NCBI GenBank assembly: GCA_963666285.1
Contig: OY762711.1
Direction: 5' to 3' (one strand)
DNA: 64,000 nucleotides
From: Sedimentisphaerales bacterium
GTDB taxonomy: Bacteria; Planctomycetota; Phycisphaerae; Sedimentisphaerales; SM23-30
The notes under the pieces were generated by a model. That model worked only from the letters and a program-made list of their open reading frames with translations. It was not told where the DNA came from and did not search any database. Of the stretch, positions 41,501 through 51,607 are shown piece by piece. The translations under genes and the position numbers were made by a program. Within the stretch, counting starts at the first letter, position 1; each line of letters starts with the position of its first letter.

Positions 41501-43277
41501 TTTGATTTTGAGCCAGCATTTTCAACTGTTCTCTAGCATGTTCGGCATCATTAATATTAACACCATTCCAGAAAAATGATATATCATGTTCTGTTTTAGA
41601 ATTTACTGGATCAATTCCCTGACATAACCAGAAATGTTCATCTATTTCCATATTGTTGTTATTGGGGTTCCATATCCAGTAGCAACTTTTGACTGCTTTA
41701 AGTGCAAGGTTTAAAATGTTATTTTTCTTGATGATTTCCTGTTTGATCTGATCTTGCTCTGTGGTATCCTTTATTATACAGACAACAGCATTCTGATTAA
41801 ATGATTCAAAAGGGACAGGATTGCATATTACATGAAAAGTTTTGTCCAGCTTTTTGAAAAACATCTCTGTTGTATCTTGTTCATTAATGCATTCTTTTAC
41901 AATTTTGATTATAGCATCTGCATAATCACCCCATTTTTGCTTTAGGTTAACGATATAATTATTGTTAATTTCATTAGTCAAGAGGAAGTCACCTTTTGCA
42001 TTTATTGCTCCACACCAGGTTGGAATATTTTCCCATAGAAGGGAGGTTTGTTTGTAATATCTATTATGAAGTTTGTTGACTTTCTTATATCTGAAAATGT
42101 AGGTTATAAGCATAACAATGAGGGCAAAAAACAGTACTAGAGTTACTGCTCCAGTCCAAATAGTCATCTTAACACTTTGGGATAGTTGTGGTGGTTCATT
42201 TAGGTAAATAGTATCTTGTGGGAGAGCACTTTTCTTGATTCCCCAGCGTGTTATTTGTTTATAATCAAATTTGCATTTTAAGAAACCATTACTATTTACT
42301 TCTGGTATTGTATTGTTAGAAGTATTGATGATTCTTGATGCATAATCAGTTAATTTTTCTGCTTGAGTTTCAGCGCAGGATATATAGCCTCCTAATATGC
42401 CGTAACCTATGCCAAAGTCAGTTATTCCGAATATAGGCATATTGCAGGTTTGCGATATTTCTGGATAAACATTTTCCATTTTGTAGTAATCACCCTGGCA
42501 ATCTCTTTGCCATATTCCCATAAGTACTATAGTATATTTAGGAAGGCTGCTTATTTTATCATGTAAATCCTGATAACTAATTTTGTTCCCATCCAGCCAA
42601 ATAATGTTTTTATTGAGAGCTTCAAGTGTGCGTTCAAGTTGTTTTTTGTATGTTTTTCCTGTTGTGCTATTGTCAGTAATAACAGCAATATTCAAGGTTT
42701 TTGGAAAAAGCGACAGTGCCAGCTGGATTGTTTTTTGGCTGTCAGCTATTTGTACGATTCCAGTAATGTTTTTGTGTTGTTTTATATCATCCTGATTATA
42801 ATTACTTACTCCACAGAAGATAATAGGGATATCTACGAGCTCTTCATTCATGTTGTTTATTAAGGATTGCAGAGCATTATCGTCTGTTGCTAAAATCATA
42901 TCCAGATAGTTTTCAGGATAGCTATTTAAGATATTTTTTACTTTCAGATCCCAACTCTTTTGCTCACCGATTCTTTTGCTATCAAGATTTTCAATAAATA
43001 GTTCGATTTTCCCATTTTTATCTTTCAGATCATTTTGTATTTCCTTAGTAAGAGTATCTGTCCACTGATAGCCGAAATGGTAAGAATTAATTAGAAGTAT
43101 TTTACGAAAATCTTTGACAGAATTATTATGATCGGTTGAGCTAATCTTTGCTTTTTCAAGTGAAAAAGTTTTAATATCTTGTGATATTGCTGTATACGGC
43201 ATTAGTAAGCAGAATGCCACAGCAAGTCTCATTATTGTTTTATATTTCCCCTGTATTTTAAGTTTAACCATAGACAT
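38592..43277 (-). CDS. Hybrid sensor histidine kinase (periplasmic substrate-binding-like, PAS domains, HisKA, HATPase, two REC, Hpt)
   Basis: INSYH..Y.WT sensor start, FLATMSHEIRTP, NAIKFT, DSGIG, GGTGLGL, two receiver motifs (DWAMP, DIQMP), AHIIKG Hpt. Confidence 0.93.
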   Translation of the reverse strand: MSMVKLKIQGKYKTIMRLAVAFCLLMPYTAISQDIKTFSLEKAKISSTDHNNSVKDFRKILLINSYHFGYQWTDTLTKEIQNDLKDKNGKIELFIENLDSKRIGEQKSWDLKVKNILNSYPENYLDMILATDDNALQSLINNMNEELVDIPIIFCGVSNYNQDDIKQHKNITGIVQIADSQKTIQLALSLFPKTLNIAVITDNSTTGKTYKKQLERTLEALNKNIIWLDGNKISYQDLHDKISSLPKYTIVLMGIWQRDCQGDYYKMENVYPEISQTCNMPIFGITDFGIGYGILGGYISCAETQAEKLTDYASRIINTSNNTIPEVNSNGFLKCKFDYKQITRWGIKKSALPQDTIYLNEPPQLSQSVKMTIWTGAVTLVLFFALIVMLITYIFRYKKVNKLHNRYYKQTSLLWENIPTWCGAINAKGDFLLTNEINNNYIVNLKQKWGDYADAIIKIVKECINEQDTTEMFFKKLDKTFHVICNPVPFESFNQNAVVCIIKDTTEQDQIKQEIIKKNNILNLALKAVKSCYWIWNPNNNNMEIDEHFWLCQGIDPVNSKTEHDISFFWNGVNINDAEHAREQLKMLAQNQISSCKYECRLSHSGEDIWFLIRANVLNRNQNGKPEQISVFMTKIDSNKRTELELKEKEKLLSISQEMAKVGYWISNPTSGILIGSPESYKIWDIPYTAEGKCNRELFRNKITDIKKWDRLLNNLHQPGDSFETTFCLDVSKNEDSDYKTIWSKVSLKIDSNQKPVYVGVSQDITEHVKMQNELKNREKYLLQAATLAKMFYWHYNVNQNNFIFTNSSAVWGENNIDGIQTVYSITERIHPEDRKECTKQLQKAISGEMPKGSLTYRSINNGVIKYITTMWEAYFESDGTLEGMIGISMDVTEAKEREKLEISKMEAEAMAKTKSRFLATMSHEIRTPINVVIGMNHLLKETQLNEIQINFIKKIEHAANSLLAIVNDVLDISKIEENKLAIEKIDFSLSEIAFNTASVMAVGAEKKDVEIHVTIDKNLPARLFGDPLRLSQILTNYMSNAIKFTDKGDITLSIKQVDRSDDSILVEFAVKDSGIGIIKENLDKLFDAYTQAEKSTARIFGGTGLGLAICKQLAELMEGSVKVNSELGEGSTFCVTLPFDIPEDAGEQASYKIPELKGKKALIIDDNHTSIEILKELVSTAGFDVTAVSSGKEGIEVLEQADSKYDLAIIDWAMPEMNGIQTVREIKQRFQDSCPKLIAVTAHNHESVMHQCLNAGYAGFIIKPIVPGEMINAIRKAFNLSALVMCVSEEEKTIPNLVGKKILIVEDQEINQEIIINILNKTNAEIDIANNGEEATIKVNAEDYHLVLMDIQMPVMDGICATKEIRKNENRQMNHLPIVAMSANAMSEDIEESLNAGMNDYITKPIIPDILYKKISDNICMTSDTAELASLIHIDAQAGISLIDGNTQLYLKMLKDFTWHCPKQAKELNSAVHEGKHQQASEVAHIIKGIAGSIGARDLMNLAAELEISLENSSEDIEQVCKKVTNEVNTLIEEIHAAFENKNIDVNSIDNTKNDIKTEK

Positions 43278-43588
43278 ATCCGCTTTTTATAATTCTGAAT
43301 AATGTTTTTTAAAGTAAGTTATTATATTTGTTACAGTTATTTTTATATTCGACTTAAAATAGGATACGAATTATAGTAATTATTTCATTTATTATTGAGT
43401 TATGAATAAAATATGTTTGTGATATTGGTGATTTTTTAAGTATATATTTTACAAGTGTTTACCGTGTGTAGGGTTGTGGGTATAAAACCAGATACATACT
43501 TTTATCACAAATAAATTTTATATACATTGCCTATTGGGTATCTAAGCATATATTATAGGACGAAAAATTTCCTTATTTTCTCAAAATT

Positions 43589-43615
43589 GATACCATATGG
43601 TAACGAATCGGTAAC
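43589..43615 (+). promoter_or_regulatory. Candidate OmpR/PhoB-type direct-repeat binding site
   Basis: GATAC-N6-GTAAC-N6-GTAAC with 11-bp period, upstream of an operon ending in an OmpR-family regulator. Confidence 0.45.
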
Positions 43616-43746
43616 ATCTCTTTGTTAAATTTAACAGTGAATTAGATGAGGATATCTCAAGATCTCAGAAATTAAGAGACTGGATTATGTTTTGATATGA
43701 TTATGATATCGCTATAATATTTAACTGTTTTACAAGGAGTTATGTT

Positions 43747-45753
43747 ATGAAAAAGATCAAATTTATTATTACCTTGACACAGAGTATAATCTTATTGTCA
43801 GGTCTGGTTAATTCTCTAATCGCTGAATCTTCTTCAGAAACCCAGTTGAAGCTGCAGAAAGCATATTTTGCCGAGCGATCTGAAGGTGATCTGGATAAGG
43901 CGATTGAACTATATCAGGGTATAATTGAGCAGAATGAGGCTGATAAACAGTATGTGGCACAAGCTATGTATCAGTTAGGCTGTTGTTTGGAGAAGAAGGG
44001 GGAAACTGCGAATGCCGCTATATATTTTCAGAAGGTTGCCAGTGAGTATTCCGAAATAGCTAAGTGGAATGAGAAGGCAAAAATTAAGCTGGAAGGGTTA
44101 TCTACTCAGGAGAAGTCAATAGGAGAGTCTGTATTTGAGAATGGCGCTCCTCCAAAGAGTGTTATGCCATATTTAATGGCAGAGTCATTTAAGGCCCTGA
44201 TGGAATCATTTTCTCAGGACTTGGCTATTAATATAAAAGTAGAAATGGTTGATAATTCATTCAACAGCTATTCCGGCGGATTTTTGGCGGCAGCGGGGAG
44301 CAGTGAAGGAGTACTGGCGAGTGCACTAAAGAATTCTGGTATAATCTCATCAGAAGCAGTTGATAAATATAAATATTATTTAGCGCATTTTAATCCAGAA
44401 TGGCCGGATATGGTTGTTTATGATGCCACCGGAAACAAAATTGATACTGAATGGTTGGGTTCACCTAAAGAAGGAGCTGACTTATATTGGCTTGCAGGAA
44501 GAAAGCTGGGAGAAGATGAGAAGCATCACTTTTATTATACACATGGCAACCCAGTTGCATTATCAGAATCTAATGGCAGTGCCAGATTTATGATCCAAAA
44601 TTATTTTGGGCCTGAAGTATTGGAACTTTTCTTTTTAGTTGTACCAAATACCCTGGAAATTTCGGAAGTAAGTGAAGAGTTTGCTTCACAAAAAGTGATG
44701 GAAAATTATAATATCTATTTGTGGAAAAAGCGTAACCCAAAAAATACCAACAATATTGTTAAAATGACTATTAAAGCTGCGGTTATCGTTAGCGAAGCAG
44801 ATAAGCTCAAATCAGAAGATTTGGCCGCACAGGGATGGGAATTTTGGAAACAAAGAAAACTTTCAGAAGCAGAGGAAATATTTAAGAAAGCTGTAGACTT
44901 GAATCCGAATAATGAAAGTGGTTGGCAGGGACTTGGCTGGACTCAGCTAAATATGGGTAAAAAAGAGAATGCCGGTAAAACATTTGAAAAATGCGTTAAA
45001 TTGAATCCTGAAAATTCGGCTGCGTTGAATGGTTTGGGTTGGATAGCTAATGGTCAGGGAGATGATGATAAAGCGATAGAATGGTGGGAGAAGGCAGTAA
45101 AGGCTCAGCCGGGGGCAACTGCATCGCTAAGCGGTTTGGTTGAAACGTATGAAAGGCGAAAAGATAAAAAAAATACTTTGAAATATCTTGAAATGTGGAA
45201 TAAGGCAGAACCTGATAATAGTGATGTTAAGACAAAGCTGGAAAATCTTAAAGGTGGGAGTGAAGCAAAATCTCCATCCAAAGGCGATAAGGCTAAATCC
45301 CAGAATTTTGCGTCTCAGGGCTGGAAACTTTGGGGACAGAGAAAACTGTCGGAAGCTGAAGATACATTCAAAAAGGCAATAGAGATAGATTCTGAGAATG
45401 AAAATGGCTGGCAGGGGCTTGGCTGGACGCAGCTGAATCAGGGAAAACGGGATGAGGCAAAGCTCTCTTTTGAAAAATGTGTAGAGCTTAATCCAAAGAA
45501 TTCTGCGGCATTGAATGGGCTGGGATGGATAGCCGATGGGCAAGGTGAAGAAGATAAGGCGATAGAATGGTGGGAAAAGGCTGTTGACGCTCAGCCGGGA
45601 GCAACTGCATCACTAAGCGGGCTGGTTAATATTTATATGGAGAGAAAAGATTATGAAAAAGCAGAGAAGTATTTGAAGATGTGGCAGAAAGTTGATCCGA
45701 ATAATAACGAAGTAAAAGAGAAGCTTAATTCAATTAAGGGGCTGAAAAAATAA
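43747..45753 (+). CDS. Secreted TPR protein with a duplicated C-terminal TPR block
   Basis: AAGGAG RBS, signal peptide, N-terminal TPR-like module, two copies of a roughly 150-aa TPR block. Confidence 0.88.
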   Translation: MKKIKFIITLTQSIILLSGLVNSLIAESSSETQLKLQKAYFAERSEGDLDKAIELYQGIIEQNEADKQYVAQAMYQLGCCLEKKGETANAAIYFQKVASEYSEIAKWNEKAKIKLEGLSTQEKSIGESVFENGAPPKSVMPYLMAESFKALMESFSQDLAINIKVEMVDNSFNSYSGGFLAAAGSSEGVLASALKNSGIISSEAVDKYKYYLAHFNPEWPDMVVYDATGNKIDTEWLGSPKEGADLYWLAGRKLGEDEKHHFYYTHGNPVALSESNGSARFMIQNYFGPEVLELFFLVVPNTLEISEVSEEFASQKVMENYNIYLWKKRNPKNTNNIVKMTIKAAVIVSEADKLKSEDLAAQGWEFWKQRKLSEAEEIFKKAVDLNPNNESGWQGLGWTQLNMGKKENAGKTFEKCVKLNPENSAALNGLGWIANGQGDDDKAIEWWEKAVKAQPGATASLSGLVETYERRKDKKNTLKYLEMWNKAEPDNSDVKTKLENLKGGSEAKSPSKGDKAKSQNFASQGWKLWGQRKLSEAEDTFKKAIEIDSENENGWQGLGWTQLNQGKRDEAKLSFEKCVELNPKNSAALNGLGWIADGQGEEDKAIEWWEKAVDAQPGATASLSGLVNIYMERKDYEKAEKYLKMWQKVDPNNNEVKEKLNSIKGLKK

Positions 45754-45813
45754 TTGCAGGTTATTATCGATCAACGAACCTATTCATTCAAATATAAGTT
45801 AAGGAAATCCAAA

Positions 45814-48800
45814 ATGAAGCTTTACATAAATATAATGTTACTATTATTTGGCCAGTTATTTATTTGCTCAAATTTGTGGGCAGAAGATATAAATAACGAG
45901 ACATCTGCGCAGTTGCTGCTGCAAAAAGCCATATTTGCCGAACGTTCCGAAGGTGATCTTGAGAAAGCAATTGAATTGTACAAAAAAGTCGCAGAAGCAG
46001 GTGATAATGTCGCCGCTTTTGCAGCGCAGGCATATTTTCAGCTGGCACAGTGCTATCAGAAAAAGGGGATGGAAAATGAGGCTATCAACTATTACAAGCT
46101 TTTGATTGGCAAATACCCCAAAGCTGAACCATGGAGTGGTAAAGCAGCAGAAAAGTTGCAGGTGCTGGTACCGCCGGTTACCAATGATAGGTCAGTAAAT
46201 ATTCCTCCGGTCTCAGAATCGGACTTCGATAATCCGGAATTTTGGGAAAAGGAATTGATGAGGACATTGGAGACTGTGCGGACAATTGAAGGTGATTTTC
46301 TCAGTAGCGAATGGCGATATGATAAAAATGGTAAGCAGGCCAGCTATAGCCAGTATGATGTCAAATTCAAATGGGACAGGGATAATCAATGGTATGATTA
46401 TTCATATAAGCGAGTAGGTGATTATTCTTATCCTGTACCGACAAGGGATGTACTTGGTCCGAAATATAAGTGGCATTTTGAAGGAAGCGGTAAATATGCA
46501 ACAAAATCTAATGCCAGTGGCAGTTTTGCTACATTGAGATACCAGTTGGTGGGTGGTGATGGCTGGTGGCCGGATGATTATATGCACATTAACTGCGTGA
46601 GTGGTTTTGTGGGTAGTGATATACTGCGGATGTTTAAGATTAATGATCAATCTCTGTTTAGGCAGTTACCATTTACCGTCGAAGAAGGAGAGAGTGGCAA
46701 AAAAATACTCAAATATAATGGGAAATGTATGGTTCCGGATGCAGGTAATGTTAATCCATGCCTGGTATTTGTTTTCGGTTGGGATAGAGGTATAAAGCTG
46801 TATGAGATCAAGCTTGAAGTTCAAGAGCTTGGTGTTGATCTTATAAGAGAAAGGTATTCCGGGCATCAATACTATAATGGTGCCTGGGTGCCGGCGAAAG
46901 TAGAGGAATATTCTTATCATAACGAAAGTGAAATGCTAAAAGGAGATTTAAAACCAATATTGGCGATAAAGAAAATCGTTTTGGTAGAGAATTTGCAGGT
47001 TAACAGGAATATGCTGGCAGGTGAGTTTGAAGATGTGGATATTCCGGTAGGGGTGAATGTTAACGATGAAGTTCTTGGGAAACGATATATTACCTGGCCG
47101 GATATGGGAAAAATCAAGGCAACCGGTGGCAAAGATCAGGTTTCCATTAGCGGCTGGGTTTATCTGGATGGTAAGCCGGTTGAAGGTGTTAAGTTGTTGA
47201 CATATAAGAAAAAAGGGCCAATGAATGATTCTGATATCAGAGTACAAGATACATCGATAAAAGACGGAAGTTTCAAGCTGGATGATCTTGTCCCAGGCTT
47301 TGAATATCGTATAACTGCTACGCTTGCCTCTGGTATTACAGCTACAGAAAAGGTTAAATTGTCTGAACTTGGCAAGGATCATATCGGATTAAAAATTAAT
47401 ATGACCAGCGGGCAGGTTGTAACAGGGCTGGTTACAGGACCGGATGGTGAGCCTATAGCAAATGCTCTGGTAAAATTCAGGGGGCATCCATTTGTAAAAG
47501 CGGATAGTGAAGGACGATATAAGATTGAAGGCATCCGGCCTAATGAGGGTTATGAGGTAGAAGCAGCTGCACAGGGTTATGCCCCGCTTGATCCGGATGG
47601 CGATACGATTGTAAGCAACTACTTTTTGCAGTTCGATGAAAAAGGAAATGTCAAACCGTTCAATATTCAGCTAGACCAGGAAGTACCTTTGTTCGGCAGG
47701 GTTATAGACCAGGATGGCAATGGTATTGAAGGTGTCAGGTTGAATGTCTGGACTGCCCCATTTGCATCGAGTGAACGCTGGCAGTGGTATGATACACATA
47801 CCGATAATAACGGTAATTTCAGGATTGGTAATCTGGGTGACAGGTGCTATACCTTTTTTGTCGGCAGATATGATAATGTATATCATAATCCATCTGAGAG
47901 CCCAATTATATTTCAGGTTACCGATGATTCATTGATGCCTGAACCTTTGCCGGGTCGTAAATTGGCAGATGCTGATATTCTCAAGGAAGCAGATGAGTTT
48001 GAAAAGCCGTTCCGCCAGTATTTCAGGCTGAAAGAACATGCCGACGCGTGTACTCATAATCGTGGTGGCAAGTATATAAGTGATCTTATCGTCAAGTTGC
48101 GAGATAAGGAAACGTGCTATGCTGCTCTTGCTGAGCTTGGCAGTGTTCATTCCTGGCAGGCATTGGGAGTTTATGAGATTATATTAACTGGTAGTAAAAT
48201 TGATCCATCAAAATATAATTCTGGGCCGGGCTTTTCTTTTGGCAGTTCGGTTGCAGGCAGTTATGAAACAGGGGAGTTGCCGAAAGAGCTGGTAAATAGT
48301 AAGGATCCGGCAGTGGTTAATCTTGCTATGCGGGCATTGGCTCGAAATGGGTTTGTGGATGTTCATGCGGATATAATGATCGATAAACTTAGCAGTGATG
48401 ATAGCTCAATATGTAATTATGCTTCTGTAGCTCTGGCAGAGATGACAGGTGAATATTATGGTACAGATGCTGTAAGATGGCATGCCTGGCTGGATAATTA
48501 TATGGCTTTTCGCAAGGAGTTTGATTATCGTGATAATCGCAAGTTATTTGCCAGCTTGTGTAAGGTTGTACGTAAGTACAAGGAGCAAGATGATTTTATC
48601 GAGCGAATTATTCCAGCGTGGAAACCGGGCAGGAAAGGGACGATAAGTTTTATGCAACAATTGATAGGTGATAATGGTTCTGAGCTTATTGAGCTGCTCT
48701 GTTCAATAGATATCGAAGATGGCGATGAACCTGCTATTCATGGTACGCATACTAATTACTGGCCGACTGATATATTTACGGGTGAATCTGCCAGTGATAA

Positions 48801-48954
48801 TGATCTTCGGGTTCGGTTTGTTAAGGAATGCAGCTATAAGGGACGTAAATATGTGCCGGGGCGGTGGTATGGTATTCCCGCGGTATTTGGTGGCGGGTTT
48901 AATGCGAAGTGGTTGATATATGATCTGAAGCTGGACTATATAGAATCGAGGTGA
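45814..48954 (+). CDS. Secreted multidomain protein: TPR module, carboxypeptidase-regulatory-like repeats and a HEAT-like region
   Basis: ATG 45814 after AAGGA; signal peptide; N-terminal module shared with the upstream gene; three G.V...G.P..G repeats; ALAEMTGEYYGTD..RW. Confidence 0.82.
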   Translation: MKLYINIMLLLFGQLFICSNLWAEDINNETSAQLLLQKAIFAERSEGDLEKAIELYKKVAEAGDNVAAFAAQAYFQLAQCYQKKGMENEAINYYKLLIGKYPKAEPWSGKAAEKLQVLVPPVTNDRSVNIPPVSESDFDNPEFWEKELMRTLETVRTIEGDFLSSEWRYDKNGKQASYSQYDVKFKWDRDNQWYDYSYKRVGDYSYPVPTRDVLGPKYKWHFEGSGKYATKSNASGSFATLRYQLVGGDGWWPDDYMHINCVSGFVGSDILRMFKINDQSLFRQLPFTVEEGESGKKILKYNGKCMVPDAGNVNPCLVFVFGWDRGIKLYEIKLEVQELGVDLIRERYSGHQYYNGAWVPAKVEEYSYHNESEMLKGDLKPILAIKKIVLVENLQVNRNMLAGEFEDVDIPVGVNVNDEVLGKRYITWPDMGKIKATGGKDQVSISGWVYLDGKPVEGVKLLTYKKKGPMNDSDIRVQDTSIKDGSFKLDDLVPGFEYRITATLASGITATEKVKLSELGKDHIGLKINMTSGQVVTGLVTGPDGEPIANALVKFRGHPFVKADSEGRYKIEGIRPNEGYEVEAAAQGYAPLDPDGDTIVSNYFLQFDEKGNVKPFNIQLDQEVPLFGRVIDQDGNGIEGVRLNVWTAPFASSERWQWYDTHTDNNGNFRIGNLGDRCYTFFVGRYDNVYHNPSESPIIFQVTDDSLMPEPLPGRKLADADILKEADEFEKPFRQYFRLKEHADACTHNRGGKYISDLIVKLRDKETCYAALAELGSVHSWQALGVYEIILTGSKIDPSKYNSGPGFSFGSSVAGSYETGELPKELVNSKDPAVVNLAMRALARNGFVDVHADIMIDKLSSDDSSICNYASVALAEMTGEYYGTDAVRWHAWLDNYMAFRKEFDYRDNRKLFASLCKVVRKYKEQDDFIERIIPAWKPGRKGTISFMQQLIGDNGSELIELLCSIDIEDGDEPAIHGTHTNYWPTDIFTGESASDNDLRVRFVKECSYKGRKYVPGRWYGIPAVFGGGFNAKWLIYDLKLDYIESR

Positions 48955-48959
48955 ATTTT

Positions 48960-49199
48960 ATGTCAGAAAATGAAAAGGCCGTTCATAAAATTATAGATAA
49001 AGTTGACAGCAATGCCGAAAGTGATAGTGGAAGTGCATTTGGTATTGTGCTGAATATAGTTGGCTGTCTGCTGTTGATATTTGGCGTGCTGGACCAAGAT
49101 ATAGGCTGGCTGGTTGTTAGCGGGATATTGATTATGGCCGGTATGATCAATTGTGCTACGGTGAAAATATGTAATGAATTGAAGAAGCTAAGGAAGTAG
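48960..49199 (+). CDS. Small two-TM hypothetical protein
   Basis: GAGGTG RBS; hydrophobic hairpin; follows the previous gene closely. Confidence 0.55.
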   Translation: MSENEKAVHKIIDKVDSNAESDSGSAFGIVLNIVGCLLLIFGVLDQDIGWLVVSGILIMAGMINCATVKICNELKKLRK

Positions 49200-49346
49200 C
49201 CGGAAGAGGTGTTAATGTCTTACTTATGAAGTGGTTAGGCCATAGACCTTAGTGGAGGTGTTGATGGCGCGACCGTTTTATAATAGTTTCGCAAACGGTA
49301 TTTCAAGCAATAATACGATGAATGCTTACAAATTCTTTTGATATAT

Positions 49347-51359
49347 ATGACGTCAGAAAAGAAACAACTGAGTTTGATTTTTACATTGCTGGCGGTGCTG
49401 GTGATTGTGCCGACAGTGTGTATGCTGTGGTTTGTTGTTCGTGCTGCGCAAAATGAGCAGTTTGCAATTAAACAGCGTTTGATTGACAAATATGAGGTTG
49501 ATGTCAAGCAGTCTGTATTTCTCAATATACCGCAATTTTTTCAAACAGAGCTGGACAAAGCACATAAATTATTCAAAGAGCAGTATGATCTTGGGCGTGA
49601 TCTCTGTTACCAGGAGTTGCATAAAAATGAAAACAGATTAAGTAACTCTCTAATTGAATATATTTATGTATTTGATCGAACAGGCTGGAAAATACAGCGT
49701 GATGACAGTTTTGTCGGAGATAGTCCGGCTGTTTTTGACAAGGCTGAAGAGTTAGAGTTTCAGCAAAATAATCTTGAGGCAGCTGCAAAAGAATATGGTC
49801 GTATTGTCGAGAAATATCCCGAATATGCCGCCATAGCCTATTCAGGCATGGTGCGGTGCATGCGTAAGGCCGGCAAGCTGAAAGACGCAATTGATACTTC
49901 TCTTGCAGCATTATCACCCGAAAAAGGGATATTCAAACAAGGAGGTACTCGATATTGGCAGATGAAACTTCTACTTGCTGACATGTATTCTCAGGCCGGC
50001 AGATCAGAGCTTTCAGATTCGATTAAAGAGCTGAATAATTGTGCCTTTGATGTATTGTCGTATGGAACAAAGGCATTTATTCTGAGTAAGGCAATTGAGC
50101 TTATCGATAGCAATAATTTACAGTATGAGTTGTCAGATACGCTTGATATTGCTCAAAAAGAGAGGGCTTATGCTCAGTTCCTAATGAGTATCGAAGAGAA
50201 TTTTTCTGATGGTTATGACGGTAGCCTGGATATGAAATTGATAGATTATTCCGGTGATGATAAGCAGTACTATACATATGCCGGTCATGGCAATTATTCA
50301 TCTCATCTGATTTATTGTGTCTTAGATACGGTTAAGCTTAAGGCTTATCTTGACAAAGAGCTGTCAGCATTGACTGATGATATGATATTTGTCGACATTT
50401 TTGATTCAGAAAATCGTTTTATAGCCGGAGAAGAAGTAAAGCCTGTCGATGATTTTCTAGGGCGACAGAAATATCAAGAGACAATATTTGCACTGGACAT
50501 ACCATATTCGCCCCTGAAAAACTGGAAAATATGGTGTGCGTTCAGGCCTGGAGTATTCGGTTTCGCAGCAGCAAACTATAAAATGATTTATATCTGGACA
50601 GCCATTATGGTACTTGTTTTAGCCGGAACTGCTGCGATATATGTAGGGAGGCTTCTGCTGAATCAGGCCAGGATAAATCGATTAAAGAATGATTTTATTG
50701 CGACCGTGACACATGAACTGAAAACACCTCTCACGTCAACAAGAATGTTGGTTGACACTTTATTGGCTGATAAATATGAAGACAGTAATACGGTTAAGGA
50801 ATATTTACAAATAATAAGCAGAGAAAATGCCAGGCTCAATTCACTTATTGATAATTTTCTGACATTTAGCCGTATGGAGCGTTCCAGGCAGGTATTCGAC
50901 AAGCAGAAATTGGATATAAACGAACTGCTAAGTGAAGCTGCAGCAATATTTAATAAAAAAGAAGATAAAAAACTAATTTTTACTGTAACTAAATGTCCCG
51001 AAAGTCGTCTAATATTAGTGGACAGGCAAGCAATGCTTACCGTAATCCTGAATCTGCTTAGTAATGCCTGGAAGTATACGGAAAAAGAGCCAAAAGAGAT
51101 CGAGCTGAAGGCTTTTATAGAAAAAGAAAAAGTATGTTTTTCTGTGAAAGATAATGGCGTTGGGCTTACCGTTCGGCAGCAGAAAAAGATATTTGACAGA
51201 TTTTACAGAGTAGATGACAGTTTGTCACGCAGGACTGAGGGTACAGGCATAGGGCTTACGATAGTTAAGTTTATAGTTGATGCACATAATGGAATAATAA
51301 CAGTAACTTCAAGGCCGGGGGAGGGTACAGAGTTTATTGTTGAATTAAAGTGTGGATAG
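49347..51359 (+). CDS. Membrane sensor histidine kinase with TPR-like periplasmic region
   Basis: Two TM segments; FIATVTHELKTPL, NLLSNAWKY, DNGVG, FYRV, GTGIGL. Confidence 0.93.
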   Translation: MTSEKKQLSLIFTLLAVLVIVPTVCMLWFVVRAAQNEQFAIKQRLIDKYEVDVKQSVFLNIPQFFQTELDKAHKLFKEQYDLGRDLCYQELHKNENRLSNSLIEYIYVFDRTGWKIQRDDSFVGDSPAVFDKAEELEFQQNNLEAAAKEYGRIVEKYPEYAAIAYSGMVRCMRKAGKLKDAIDTSLAALSPEKGIFKQGGTRYWQMKLLLADMYSQAGRSELSDSIKELNNCAFDVLSYGTKAFILSKAIELIDSNNLQYELSDTLDIAQKERAYAQFLMSIEENFSDGYDGSLDMKLIDYSGDDKQYYTYAGHGNYSSHLIYCVLDTVKLKAYLDKELSALTDDMIFVDIFDSENRFIAGEEVKPVDDFLGRQKYQETIFALDIPYSPLKNWKIWCAFRPGVFGFAAANYKMIYIWTAIMVLVLAGTAAIYVGRLLLNQARINRLKNDFIATVTHELKTPLTSTRMLVDTLLADKYEDSNTVKEYLQIISRENARLNSLIDNFLTFSRMERSRQVFDKQKLDINELLSEAAAIFNKKEDKKLIFTVTKCPESRLILVDRQAMLTVILNLLSNAWKYTEKEPKEIELKAFIEKEKVCFSVKDNGVGLTVRQQKKIFDRFYRVDDSLSRRTEGTGIGLTIVKFIVDAHNGIITVTSRPGEGTEFIVELKCG

Positions 51360-51412
51360 AAATATCCATGCGTAGCACTTGTAGAATAGATTAGTTGTTG
51401 ATAGAGTAAATA

Positions 51413-51604
51413 ATGGAGTCTTTTATGTTAAAATTTGAGTTTATATGTATGTATTTGATCATAATTGCAAGTCTTTTTAATACTTTGATTTCAAGTTATG
51501 ATAATACCTCAAATGCTATTTGTTATTTTTCTACAGCTTTTCCATTTTCTGTTGTGGTTATGTATTATATTAAAGGGAGATACAAACAGGATTTTAAAGG
51601 TTAA
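51413..51604 (+). CDS. Small hydrophobic hypothetical protein
   Basis: Short AT-rich ORF in tandem within the operon. Confidence 0.35.
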   Translation: MESFMLKFEFICMYLIIIASLFNTLISSYDNTSNAICYFSTAFPFSVVVMYYIKGRYKQDFKG

Positions 51605-51607
51605 ATT

